Origin: an uncultured Desulfatibacillum sp.
Lineage (GTDB): Bacteria > Desulfobacterota > Desulfobacteria > Desulfobacterales > SpSt-501
Reading direction: 5' to 3'
DNA: 64,000 bases
Assembly: GCA_964573635.1 (NCBI GenBank)
Contig: CAZNKG010000001.1
Span: 195,672-259,671, forward strand
Every line of letters begins with the position of its first letter. Within the stretch, counting starts at the first letter, position 1. Below the pieces are notes generated by a model. The model was not told where the DNA came from, made no database searches, and saw only the letters and a program-made list of their open reading frames with translations. Below, piece by piece: positions 38,660 to 46,909 of this stretch. The position numbers and the translations under genes are program-made.

Positions 38660-39283
38660 ATGCACGTCTCCGAGGGCATCCTCTCCGCGCCGGTGCTCGT
38701 GGCGGGCGCCGCGCTCGCGGCCGCCGGGACGGCGGTGGGCCTGAAGCAGCTCGACTACGACGAGATCGCCCGGGCCGGGATGCTCTCCGGGGTCTTCTTC
38801 GTCGCCTCGTTGATCCACGTCCCGCTCGGCCCTGCGAGCGTGCACCTCATCCTGAACGGGATGGTGGGGCTTCTGCTCGGCTGGGCGGCCTTCCCCGCGA
38901 TCCTCGTGGCGCTCGCCCTGCAGGCGGTCTTCTTCCAGTTCGGCGGCATCACGACCCTCGGCGTGAACACGGTGATCATGGCGCTGCCGGCGGTTGTCGC
39001 CTATCACCTCTTCGCGCCGCTTCTGCGGCGGGGGCGGCCGGTCGCCCTCGCCGCCGCCTTCGCGGCCGGGGGGCTCGCGGTCGGGCTGGGCGGGGTCCTC
39101 GTCGGACTCGCCCTTTTTTTCACCGAGGAGCAATTCCTCGAGGTGGCCGCGGCGGTGCTCGCCGCCCACCTGCCGGTGATCTTGATCGAAGGCGTCGTGA
39201 CCGCGCTGTGCGTCGCCTTCCTGCAGAAGGTGCAGCCCTCGACGCTGCCGGGCTACTTCATTCCGGGAGGGAAGCGGTCATGA
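38660..39283 (+). CDS. cbiM: ECF-type cobalt/nickel transporter substrate-capture component CbiM/NikM
   Basis: N-terminus MHVSEGIL (the metal-binding MH(V/I)xEG motif). Hydrophobic, 207 aa. GGAG RBS. The upstream 32 codons of the ORF are Arg-rich artefact. Confidence 0.9.
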   Translation: MHVSEGILSAPVLVAGAALAAAGTAVGLKQLDYDEIARAGMLSGVFFVASLIHVPLGPASVHLILNGMVGLLLGWAAFPAILVALALQAVFFQFGGITTLGVNTVIMALPAVVAYHLFAPLLRRGRPVALAAAFAAGGLAVGLGGVLVGLALFFTEEQFLEVAAAVLAAHLPVILIEGVVTALCVAFLQKVQPSTLPGYFIPGGKRS

Positions 39284-39867
39284 CCGCGCGCGTTTTCTTG
39301 AAGTGGGGGTGGGTGCCGCTGCTCGTGCTCCTCGCGGCCCAGGGGGCGCGGGCCCACCGCGTGAACGTCTTCGCCTGGGTCGAGGGCGGCACCGTCCGCG
39401 TCGAATCCAAGTACCCGGACGGCTCCCGCGTGAAGGCGGGCGTGATCCGGGTCCTGGACGCAAAGGGGGCCGAGCTGCTCTCCGGGAAGACGAACGACCG
39501 GGGAGAGTTCGCCTTCCAGGCCCCGGCGGCCGACTCGCTCACCATCGTGCTCGAGGCCGGCATGGGGCACCGCGCCGACTGGACGCTGAGCCGCGAGGAT
39601 CTCGCCGCCGCCGGCGCCGGCGAGCCGCCGCCGGGCGCTCCGGCCGCGGCCGGAAGCGCCCCGCCCCCACCGGCCCCGTCCCCGGAGGCCGCCCTGTCGG
39701 CCGAGGCGGCGCTCGAGCGGGCGCTCGACCGCAAGCTTGCGCCGATCATCAAGATGCTCGCCGAGCTGAGCGAGCCGCGGGTGCGCGCGAGCGACGTCCT
39801 GGGCGGGATCGGCTACATCGTGGGGCTTGCCGGGATCGCGGCCTACTTCAAACGCAAACCCCGATAG
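39280..39867 (+). CDS. Accessory component in the CbiN/NikL position: signal peptide + beta-sandwich domain + C-terminal TM
   Basis: ATGA overlap with cbiM. Signal WVPLLVLLAAQGARAHRVNVFAWVEGG. Transthyretin/carboxypeptidase-regulatory-like segment VIRVLDAKGAELLSGKTNDRGEFAF. Ala/Pro linker. C-terminal helix GGIGYIVGLAGIAAYFKRK. Confidence 0.6.
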   Translation: MTARVFLKWGWVPLLVLLAAQGARAHRVNVFAWVEGGTVRVESKYPDGSRVKAGVIRVLDAKGAELLSGKTNDRGEFAFQAPAADSLTIVLEAGMGHRADWTLSREDLAAAGAGEPPPGAPAAAGSAPPPPAPSPEAALSAEAALERALDRKLAPIIKMLAELSEPRVRASDVLGGIGYIVGLAGIAAYFKRKPR

Positions 39868-39887
39868 CGGGCTTGAGGAATCGGACC

Positions 39888-40310
39888 TTGAAACGCGTCT
39901 GCGTCATCGACGGCCACGGCGGCGGGATCGGCGCCGCCCTGATCCGCGCGCTCAAGCAGGCCTACGGAGAGTCGATCGAGCTGATCGCCCTCGGCACGAA
40001 CGCCGTGGCCGCCGCGCAGATGCGCAAAGCGGGCGCGAACCGCGCCGCCTCGGGCGAAAACGCCATCGTCCGCACCGCCGGGACGGCCGACGTGATCGTG
40101 GGGGCGATCTCCGTCGGCTGGGCGAACGCCATGCTGGGGGAGATCACCCCCCGGATGGCCGAGGCGGTCATGTCGAGCCCGGCCCCCAAGCTCTTCCTGC
40201 CGCTCTCCCAGGAGCGGGTGATCTTGGCGGGGCTGAGCGCCGAGCCCCTGCCGCACCTGATCCAGGCGCTCGTCCACGAGAAGATGAAGGAGGTGTTGCC
40301 GGATGTGTGA
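39888..40310 (+). CDS. DUF3842-family protein
   Basis: TTG start with a GAGGAA RBS 7 nt upstream. LKRVCVIDGHGGGIGAALIRALKQ... matches the (V/I)IDGQGGGIG N-terminus I associate with DUF3842. Confidence 0.55.
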   Translation: MKRVCVIDGHGGGIGAALIRALKQAYGESIELIALGTNAVAAAQMRKAGANRAASGENAIVRTAGTADVIVGAISVGWANAMLGEITPRMAEAVMSSPAPKLFLPLSQERVILAGLSAEPLPHLIQALVHEKMKEVLPDV

Positions 40311-40491
40311 AGCCAATGCCTACATCGAGAAGGAGGGGCGCGAGGAGCTCCTCCTCGAATCGGTCGACCTGGTCGAGCCCCAGGCGGACGGGGGGTTCCT
40401 GCTGGTGGACATCTTCGGCCAGCAGAAGACCGTTAAGGGCCGGCTGAAGCGCATGCAGCTCGTCGAGCACCGCATCGTCTTCGGCGCCTGA
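40303..40491 (+). CDS. cooT: CooT-family nickel-binding protein
   Basis: 62 aa. The N-terminal MCEANAYI... (Cys2) and ...LLVDIFGQQKTVKGRLKRMQLVEHRIVF match the CooT family pattern. GAAGGAGG RBS. 8-nt overlap with the upstream gene. Confidence 0.7.
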   Translation: MCEANAYIEKEGREELLLESVDLVEPQADGGFLLVDIFGQQKTVKGRLKRMQLVEHRIVFGA

Positions 40492-40507
40492 GGCGGAAAG
40501 GCCGCCG

Positions 40508-41296
40508 ATGCTGCGCGAGCCTTTCGCCGTCGGCGACTCGCCGGCGCACCGCCTCGACCCGCGCGTGCGCCTGGTCGCGGCCGCGGGGTTCTCGTGCGCC
40601 GCGGCGGTGCTCGAGCAGCTTCCCGCCCTGGCGGCCGCGCTCGCCATCGCCATCGCCTGGGCGGCCATGGCCCGGCTTCCGGCCGCAGCGATCCTCAAGC
40701 GGCTTCTCGCCGTAAACGGGCTGCTCGCCCTGCTCTGGGTGTTCCTCCCCTTCACCTTCCCCGGGCAGGCCATCCTGCGCCTCGGCCCGCTGGCCGCCTC
40801 GCGCGAGGGGGCGGTGCTCGCCCTGCGGATCACGCTCAAGTCGAACGCCATCGTCATCGCCTTCATCGCGCTCGTCGCCACCATGCCGCTCGCCACCGCC
40901 GGCCACGCCCTCCACCGGCTGCGGGTCCCGGGGAAGATCGTCCACCTGCTGCTCATGACCTACCGCTACGTCTTCGTCCTCGAGCAGGAGTACCAGCGCC
41001 TGATCCGCGCGGCCCGGATCCGCGGCTTCCGGCCCCGCACCAACCTGCACACCTACCGCACCTTCGCCTACCTCGCGGGCATGCTCTTCGTGCGGGCGCT
41101 CGAGCGCGCCGAGCGCGTGCGCTGGGCGATGATCTGCCGCGGGTTCCGGCGCCGCTTCCACAGCCTGAAGGAGTTCCAGGCCGGGGCGGGGAGCCTCGTC
41201 TTCCTCGCGGCCGCGGCGGCGGCGGTCGCCGGGATCATCCTGCTCGAAACGGGGCGCTTGAATTCCTTATTTTCGCGCGCCATAATCGGCCCATGA
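40508..41296 (+). CDS. cbiQ: ECF transporter transmembrane (T) component CbiQ
   Basis: 262 aa, hydrophobic. Conserved ...RAARIRGF... coupling-helix region. ATGA overlap with cbiO. Confidence 0.85.
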   Translation: MLREPFAVGDSPAHRLDPRVRLVAAAGFSCAAAVLEQLPALAAALAIAIAWAAMARLPAAAILKRLLAVNGLLALLWVFLPFTFPGQAILRLGPLAASREGAVLALRITLKSNAIVIAFIALVATMPLATAGHALHRLRVPGKIVHLLLMTYRYVFVLEQEYQRLIRAARIRGFRPRTNLHTYRTFAYLAGMLFVRALERAERVRWAMICRGFRRRFHSLKEFQAGAGSLVFLAAAAAAVAGIILLETGRLNSLFSRAIIGP

Positions 41297-42066
41297 GTGC
41301 CGAGACCCCGCCGATCATCGAGATGAAAGGGATATCCTTCGCCTACCCGGGCGGCCCGCCGGTCCTGCGCGGGCTCGACTTCGCCCTGCGCGGGGGCGAG
41401 CGCATCGGGATCATGGCCCCGAACGGCAGCGGCAAGACGACCCTCTTCCATCTGATCATGGGGCTCGTCAAGCCTCAGGCCGGGGAGCTGCGCATCTTCG
41501 GCCGGGCGGCGCGGCAGGAGCGCGACTTCGAGGAGGCGCGCCGCCGCATCGGCCTGCTCTTCCAGGACCCGGACGACCAGCTCTTCAGCCCGACGGTCAT
41601 CGAGGATGTCGCCTTCGGCCCGCTCAACCTGGGAAAAAGCCGGGCGGAGGCGGCCGCCATCGCCCGGCGGACCCTGGCCTCCCTGGGACTCGCGGGCTTC
41701 GAGGAGCGCATCACCTTCAAGCTCTCCGGCGGGGAGAAGCGGCTCGTCTCGCTCGCCGCGGTCCTCGCCATGGAGCCCGCGGTGCTCCTGCTGGACGAGC
41801 CCGAAAACGGGCTCGATCGGCGCACCCGCAGCCGGCTGACGGAGATCCTGGGCTGCCTCGAGATCGCCTACGTCCTCATCTCGCACGAGCTCGAGTTCCT
41901 CGCCTCCCTGACCGGCGCGATCTACACCCTGGAGAACGGCCGCATCCGCCGCGACGCCGCGCTCCAGGTCCACCGGCACGTCCACGCCCACCCCCTGGGC
42001 GGCAGCCCCCACCGCCACTGCCTGCCCGACGGCGAGCTCGCCGACGAGGACCCGAGCCCCGCCTGA
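41293..42066 (+). CDS. cbiO: ECF transporter ATPase CbiO
   Basis: Walker A GPNGSGKTT, signature LSGGEKRLV, Walker B LLLLDEP. Confidence 0.9.
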   Translation: MSAETPPIIEMKGISFAYPGGPPVLRGLDFALRGGERIGIMAPNGSGKTTLFHLIMGLVKPQAGELRIFGRAARQERDFEEARRRIGLLFQDPDDQLFSPTVIEDVAFGPLNLGKSRAEAAAIARRTLASLGLAGFEERITFKLSGGEKRLVSLAAVLAMEPAVLLLDEPENGLDRRTRSRLTEILGCLEIAYVLISHELEFLASLTGAIYTLENGRIRRDAALQVHRHVHAHPLGGSPHRHCLPDGELADEDPSPA

Positions 42067-42161
42067 GCGCGCTTACCCCCGCGGCGCGAGGCGCACTTCG
42101 AGTGCGCCTAAGCGACCGCGGGGCGCCGCGCAACGCCGAGATCGGGCCTCCGGCGAAGCCG

Positions 42162-43232
42162 TCATTTCGTCGGAACACCCGCCTGGGCGAACGTCATCAC
42201 CTCCGCGATCACCCGGGCCCCCGCCTCGATCACCCCCATGGCGAGCGCCGCCCCCGTGCCCTCGCCGAGCCGCATGCCGAGGTCCAGGATCGGCTCGAGG
42301 CCGAGGTGCGCGAGCATGCGCCGGTGGCCCGGCTCTTCGGAGCGATGGCCGGCAAAGAGGAAGTCGGCCGCCGCCGGGGCGAGCGCGCAGGCGACGAGCG
42401 CGCCGGCGGTCGAAATGAAGCCGTCGACCGCCACCGGGACGCGGTGAAAGGCCCCGGCGAGCGCGATCCCGGCGATCCCGCCGATCTCGAAGCCGCCCAC
42501 CTTGGCGAGGACGTCCAGCCCGTCGGCGGGATCGGGGCGGTTCACCTCGAGGGCCTGCGCGACCGCCCGGCGCTTGCGGGCAAGCCCGGCGTCGTCGACC
42601 CCCGTGCCGCGGCCGACCATCTCCTCGAGGCCCGCACCGGCGAGCACCGCCCCGACGGCGGCCGAGGCGGTCGTGTTCCCGATCCCCATGTCGCCGGTGC
42701 CGAGGAGCTCGACCCCCCCGCGGATCAGCCCGGAGGCGAGCTCGAAGCCGGTCAAGACCGCCCGCTCGGCCTGCGGCCGGCTCATCGCCGGCCCCCGCGA
42801 GATGCTCTGCGTCCCGCGGCCGATCTTGCGGACGAAGAGCCGTTCGCGGTTCGGAAGCCCACCGGGATCGAGCTCCGGAAGGATCCCCATGTCCGCCACG
42901 TAGACCTCGGCGCCGGCCAGCCGCGCGATGACGCTGATCCCGGCTCCGCCGGCGAGGAAGGTACGCACCATCGCACCGGTCACCTCCTGCGGGTAGGCGC
43001 TCACCCCCTCGGCGGCGATTCCGTGGTCGGCCGCCATGACGAGCACGGCCTTGCGGCCCACCCGGGGCGCAAGGCTCTGGCGGATGGCGCACAGGCGCTC
43101 CCCGATTTCATGCAGGCGGCCGAGCGCCCGCGGCGGCATGACGAGCTGGGCGGTGTGCGCGCGCGCGCGCTCGAGCCACTGCCGGTCGACCGGCCGGACG
43201 CCATCGATGATCTCCTTGAGCGACTCCGTCAT
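42162..43232 (-). CDS. cobT: Nicotinate-nucleotide--dimethylbenzimidazole phosphoribosyltransferase
   Basis: CobT pattern (HGIAAEGVSAYPQEVTGAMV...GDMGIGNTTASAA...GEGTGAALA). The ATG at 43232 has a GGAGGA RBS, so it is preferred over the TTG at 43256. Confidence 0.9.
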   Translation of the reverse strand: MTESLKEIIDGVRPVDRQWLERARAHTAQLVMPPRALGRLHEIGERLCAIRQSLAPRVGRKAVLVMAADHGIAAEGVSAYPQEVTGAMVRTFLAGGAGISVIARLAGAEVYVADMGILPELDPGGLPNRERLFVRKIGRGTQSISRGPAMSRPQAERAVLTGFELASGLIRGGVELLGTGDMGIGNTTASAAVGAVLAGAGLEEMVGRGTGVDDAGLARKRRAVAQALEVNRPDPADGLDVLAKVGGFEIGGIAGIALAGAFHRVPVAVDGFISTAGALVACALAPAAADFLFAGHRSEEPGHRRMLAHLGLEPILDLGMRLGEGTGAALAMGVIEAGARVIAEVMTFAQAGVPTK

Positions 43233-43301
43233 CAGTCTCTTCCTCCTTCCTTCCAATGGGTCACCCTGCCCGGCGGTCCGGCGGCGTCTCCCCGCCGGGC
43301 C

Positions 43302-43552
43302 AAAAAAAATCCCCAGGCGCAGCCTTGCTGCGCCCGGGGATTTGCCGTCTCCCCTTGCGTTCGCCCCCGCGGCAGGTCTTCTGGCTCCCTCCCCCCGGCG
43401 GCGGCCTTCCCGCGCCGCTTGGATGCGGCGCAGTGGCGCGCTCGATCGGCCGCCGGGGTTCCCCGAAAAAACCGGGGCCGGAGGTCACAGCGGCGGGTCC
43501 GCTCCGGTCTCGCACCGGATTCCCTCTTGCGCCGGCCCGGCCGGCACCGCGG
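43302..43552 (-). promoter_or_regulatory. Cobalamin (AdoCbl) riboswitch with terminator, upstream of cobT
   Basis: Minus-strand read: GGTGCC...AAGAGGGAATCCGGTGCGAGACCGGAGCGGACCCGCCGCTGTGA...GCCACTGCGCCGCATCCAAGCGGCGCGGGAAGGCC...AGCCAGAAGACCTGCC (B12 box). This is followed by the hairpin AAATCCCCGGGCGCAGC-aag-GCTGCGCCTGGGGATTT plus T8. Candidate promoter TTGACA (43605-43610) -17- TAAAGG. Confidence 0.9.
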
Positions 43553-43710
43553 GGGGTGTTTCCGCCGATTCTGGAAAGCGCCCTTTAGAATGAAGCGCAC
43601 CGGATGTCAAGGCCGATCGAGGCGCCCGCCGGCGCGCGGCCGCGGATAGGCCCCCGTAAGTCCCGCCCGTCCCGCGCCGCCTTGACTCCGCCGGCCGTTT
43701 GGCATATACC

Positions 43711-44043
43711 GATCGGCGTAACCGGTCGGGTGCCAGCGCTTAATAGGGAATCCCGTGAAAATCGGGAGCGGTCCCGCCGCTGTAACCTCCTCCCGGGGCG
43801 TGACGCCGGGAAACCCCTTCGGCCGTGTGGGTGTGCCACTGCGCCGTCTCCAAGCGGCGCGGGAAGGCCGCCGGGGGGGGAGGGAGCCAGAAGACCTGCC
43901 CGTTTCCGGATGCGACCGGCGGCCCCGGAGTGGAACCCGGCGCCGCCGCCCGCGGTCATTCGGGCTTCCATCCGGTCGCCGACAACAAGGGCCAAGAAAG
44001 CTGGGTGCAACCCTTCGGGCGAAATTCGCCGGAAGGGTTTTTT
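43711..44043 (+). promoter_or_regulatory. Cobalamin (AdoCbl) riboswitch with terminator, upstream of the btuCDF-cbi operon
   Basis: GGTGCCAGCGCTTAATAGGGAATCCCGTGAAAATCGGGAGCGGTCCCGCCGCTGTAA...GCCACTGCGCCGTCTCCAAGCGGCGCGGGAAGGCC...AGCCAGAAGACCTGCC. Terminator AACCCTTCgGGCGAaatTCGCCgGAAGGGTT plus T6 (44009-44043). Candidate promoter TTGACT (43682-43687) -17- TATACC. Confidence 0.9.
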
Positions 44044-44044
44044 C

Positions 44045-45127
44045 TTGGACGAGAGCCAAACGACGAAAACCCCGCCCGCCGCCGGGCGCGCCGGCCGGCG
44101 GCGCCTGGCCGCCGCCGGGCTGATCCTCGCGCTCGGCGCCGCACTGCTCCTCGAGCTGGTCGTCTCGACCGGGATGGGCTTCATCCGGATCCCGCCGGAG
44201 ACGGTGGTGCGGATCCTCCTCGGCCGGGCGGCCGGCCTGGCGGGGCTACTCTCCGGGATCGACGAGCTCTTCCCCGTGGTCGTGATGGACGTCCGCCTGC
44301 CGCGCATCCTCTGCGCGGCGCTCGTCGGCGGGGGGCTCGCCATGTGCGGGGTGGTTTTCCAGGGGCTGCTGCTCAACCCGCTCGCCGACCCTTACACGCT
44401 CGGGGTCTCCGCCGGGGCCGCCTTCGGCGCCTCCCTCGCCATCCTGTTCAATCTCACCGCCCTCGGCACGGCCTCGGTCCCGCTCGCCGCGTTCCTGGGG
44501 GCGGCCGCGACGCTCGCCGCCGTCATCTTCCTCGCCTACGGCAGCGGCGGGCCCTCCTCGAACAACCTCATCCTCTCCGGGATCATCGTCGCCGCCATCC
44601 TCTCCGCCGGGATCAGCTTTCTCAAGTATCTCGCCGACGAGCAGGTGGCCGTGATCATCTTCTGGCTCATGGGAAGCTTCGCCTCCCGGACCTGGGCGGA
44701 CGTGGCCCTCACGGCTTGCGGGGTCGCGGCGGCGCTCGCGGTGTTCGGCTACCACGCCCGCGAGCTCAACCTCCTGGCGCTCGGCCCGCAGGCGGCGGCC
44801 TCCCTCGGGGTCGACACGCGCCGGGTCACCGTGACGCTCCTCGCGGCGGCCTCGCTGCTCGCCGCGGTGTGCGTCGCCGTATCGGGGATCATCGGCTTCG
44901 TGGGGCTGCTGGTGCCGCACCTCATGCGCGGGCTCATCGGCCCGGATAACCGCCGGCTGCTCGCCGCGAGCCTGCTCGCCGGCGCCGTCCTGCTGCTCGC
45001 CGCGGACACGCTCACGCGGGCGGTTCTGCCGGCCGAGGTCCCCATCGGGGTCCTGACCGCCCTGATCGGCGGCCCCTTCTTCTGCTGGGTCTTCCAGCGG
45101 CAGCGCAAAACGCGGAGGGTCTGGTGA
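44045..45127 (+). CDS. FecCD/BtuC-family ABC permease (corrinoid/siderophore-type)
   Basis: Typical BtuC-like sequence (RLPRILCAALVGGGLAMCGVVFQGLLLNPLADPYTLGVSAGAAFGA...). Only a TTG at 44045 is available upstream of the first TM, so the start is uncertain. Upstream codons of the ORF overlap the riboswitch. Confidence 0.8.
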   Translation: MDESQTTKTPPAAGRAGRRRLAAAGLILALGAALLLELVVSTGMGFIRIPPETVVRILLGRAAGLAGLLSGIDELFPVVVMDVRLPRILCAALVGGGLAMCGVVFQGLLLNPLADPYTLGVSAGAAFGASLAILFNLTALGTASVPLAAFLGAAATLAAVIFLAYGSGGPSSNNLILSGIIVAAILSAGISFLKYLADEQVAVIIFWLMGSFASRTWADVALTACGVAAALAVFGYHARELNLLALGPQAAASLGVDTRRVTVTLLAAASLLAAVCVAVSGIIGFVGLLVPHLMRGLIGPDNRRLLAASLLAGAVLLLAADTLTRAVLPAEVPIGVLTALIGGPFFCWVFQRQRKTRRVW

Positions 45128-45945
45128 CGGCCGCGCTCTTCGAAATCGACCGCCTGAGCTTCGCCTACGAGTCCCGGCGCGTGCTCGCGCAAGTGACGCT
45201 CGCGATCGCGGAGGCAAGCTTCACGGGCATCGTCGGCCCGAACGGCAGCGGCAAGACGACGCTCCTCGAGCTGCTCGGCGGCCTGCGCCGGCCGGCGGAA
45301 GGCCGGATCCGCCTGAAGGGCCGGGAGCTCGCGAGCTACCCCCGGCGGGAGCTGGCGCGCCGGCTCGCGCTCGTCCCCCAGGATTTCTACATCAACTTCC
45401 CCTTTTCGGTGCAGGAGGTGGTGGCGATGGGCCGCGCCCCCCATATCCCGCGCTTCGGCCGGCCGGGCCGCAGAGACCGCGAGCGCGTCTGGGCGGCGAT
45501 GGCCGCGGCCGGGGTCGCGGAGTTCGCCGCGCGCTTCGTGACCGAGCTGAGCGGGGGCGAGCGCCAGCGCGTGGTCTTCGCCCGGGCGCTCGCGCAGGAC
45601 ACGCCGGTGCTTTTGCTGGACGAGGCCACCTCGAACCTCGACATCGGGCAGGCGCTGCGCCTGCTTTCCATCGCCGGCCGCAGCGTCCGCCGGGAGGGCC
45701 GCACGGTGGTCGCGGTCTTCCAGGACATCAACCAGGCGGCCGCCTGCTGCGACCGTCTGATCGTGCTGTCCAACGGCCGGGTGGCCGCCTGCGGCGCGAC
45801 GGACGAAGTGCTCACGCCGGCGACCATCCGCGCGGTGTTCGGCGTGGAGTCCCGGGTCGTCCGCGACGACTTCGCCGGCGGGATGCAGGTGGTCTTCCGG
45901 CGCGGCGCGGCGCACCTCCCCGGAGAAGCCGGACATGCCGCCTGA
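45124..45945 (+). CDS. ABC transporter ATPase (FecE/BtuD-like)
   Basis: GTGA overlap with the permease gene. Walker A GPNGSGKTT, signature LSGGERQRV, Walker B LLLLDEAT. Confidence 0.85.
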   Translation: MTAALFEIDRLSFAYESRRVLAQVTLAIAEASFTGIVGPNGSGKTTLLELLGGLRRPAEGRIRLKGRELASYPRRELARRLALVPQDFYINFPFSVQEVVAMGRAPHIPRFGRPGRRDRERVWAAMAAAGVAEFAARFVTELSGGERQRVVFARALAQDTPVLLLDEATSNLDIGQALRLLSIAGRSVRREGRTVVAVFQDINQAAACCDRLIVLSNGRVAACGATDEVLTPATIRAVFGVESRVVRDDFAGGMQVVFRRGAAHLPGEAGHAA

Positions 45946-46897
45946 GCGCCTGCCCCGCCTGATCGTCCTGATCGCCGCGCTCGCCTGGGGCGGGGGGGCC
46001 GCCGGCGCGGACTTCGGCCTGGTGGCGGGGCCGGCGGTCGTCGACCAGGCCGGGCGGCGCATCCCGGCCGCCAAGCCGTTTTCCCGCATCATCAGCCTCT
46101 ACGGCGCCCACACCGAGAACCTCTTCGCGCTCGGGGCGGGGGACCGCCTCGTCGGGGTGTCGCCCGGGGAGGCGTTCCCGCCCGAAGCCGCCCGCCTGCC
46201 CGCCTTCTCCACGCGCGACGACCCGGAGAAGTTCCTCGCCGCCCGCCCGGATCTCGTCCTGGTGCGGCCGATGATCGACCGCGGCTACCCCCAGCTCCTG
46301 CGGCGCCTCGAGCAGCGCGGGATCGCCGTGGCCTCGATCCAGCCCGGAAGCGCTGCGGAGATGCTCGCCTACTGGGAGATCCTGGGGCTTCTCGCCGGGA
46401 AGCGCGCGGAGGCCGCCGCCATGGCCGCGCGGTTCACGGCGGCGGTCGGCCGCATCCGGGCGCTCACCGACGGGATCGCCGCCCGCCCGACCGTCTACTT
46501 CGAGGCGATCCACGACAAGGCGAAGACGTTCGCGCCGGGCTCGATGGCCGTCTTCGCGCTCGAGACCGCGGGCGGGATCAACGCCGCCCCCGACGCCGCC
46601 CCGGTGCGCGGCACCAACATCGCCTTCTACGGCAAGGAGCGCCTGCTCGCCCGGGGCGCCGAGATCGACGTCTACCTCGCCCAAAGCGGCCCGATGAACC
46701 CGGCGACCCGCGAGCAGATCGCGGCGGCGAGCGGCTTCCAGGCGATCCGCGCGGTCCGGGAGGGGCGGATCCACCTGATCGACGAGCGGCTCGTCTCGCG
46801 GCCCACCCCGCGGCTCTTGGAGGGGATTCTCGCCATCGGCCGCCTGCTCCACCCGGAGCTCTTCCGGGACAAGCGGCCGGAGGACTTCGGGGGATGA
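45935..46897 (+). CDS. Periplasmic substrate-binding protein (BtuF/cluster-A type)
   Basis: Signal peptide LIVLIAALAWGGGAAGA. PBP type-2 pattern (RIISLYGAHTENLFALGAGDRLVGV). 11-nt overlap with the ATPase gene. Confidence 0.8.
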   Translation: MPPERLPRLIVLIAALAWGGGAAGADFGLVAGPAVVDQAGRRIPAAKPFSRIISLYGAHTENLFALGAGDRLVGVSPGEAFPPEAARLPAFSTRDDPEKFLAARPDLVLVRPMIDRGYPQLLRRLEQRGIAVASIQPGSAAEMLAYWEILGLLAGKRAEAAAMAARFTAAVGRIRALTDGIAARPTVYFEAIHDKAKTFAPGSMAVFALETAGGINAAPDAAPVRGTNIAFYGKERLLARGAEIDVYLAQSGPMNPATREQIAAASGFQAIRAVREGRIHLIDERLVSRPTPRLLEGILAIGRLLHPELFRDKRPEDFGG

Positions 46898-46909
46898 ACG
46901 CCGCGCCGC

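Noticed and set aside
43604-44044. N-terminal 147 codons of ORF 43604..45127, plus several 80-185-aa ORFs on both strands at 43036-44144
   Set aside because: This region is occupied by two cobalamin riboswitches and their terminators. The repeated peptide strings simply reflect the duplicated RNA element.
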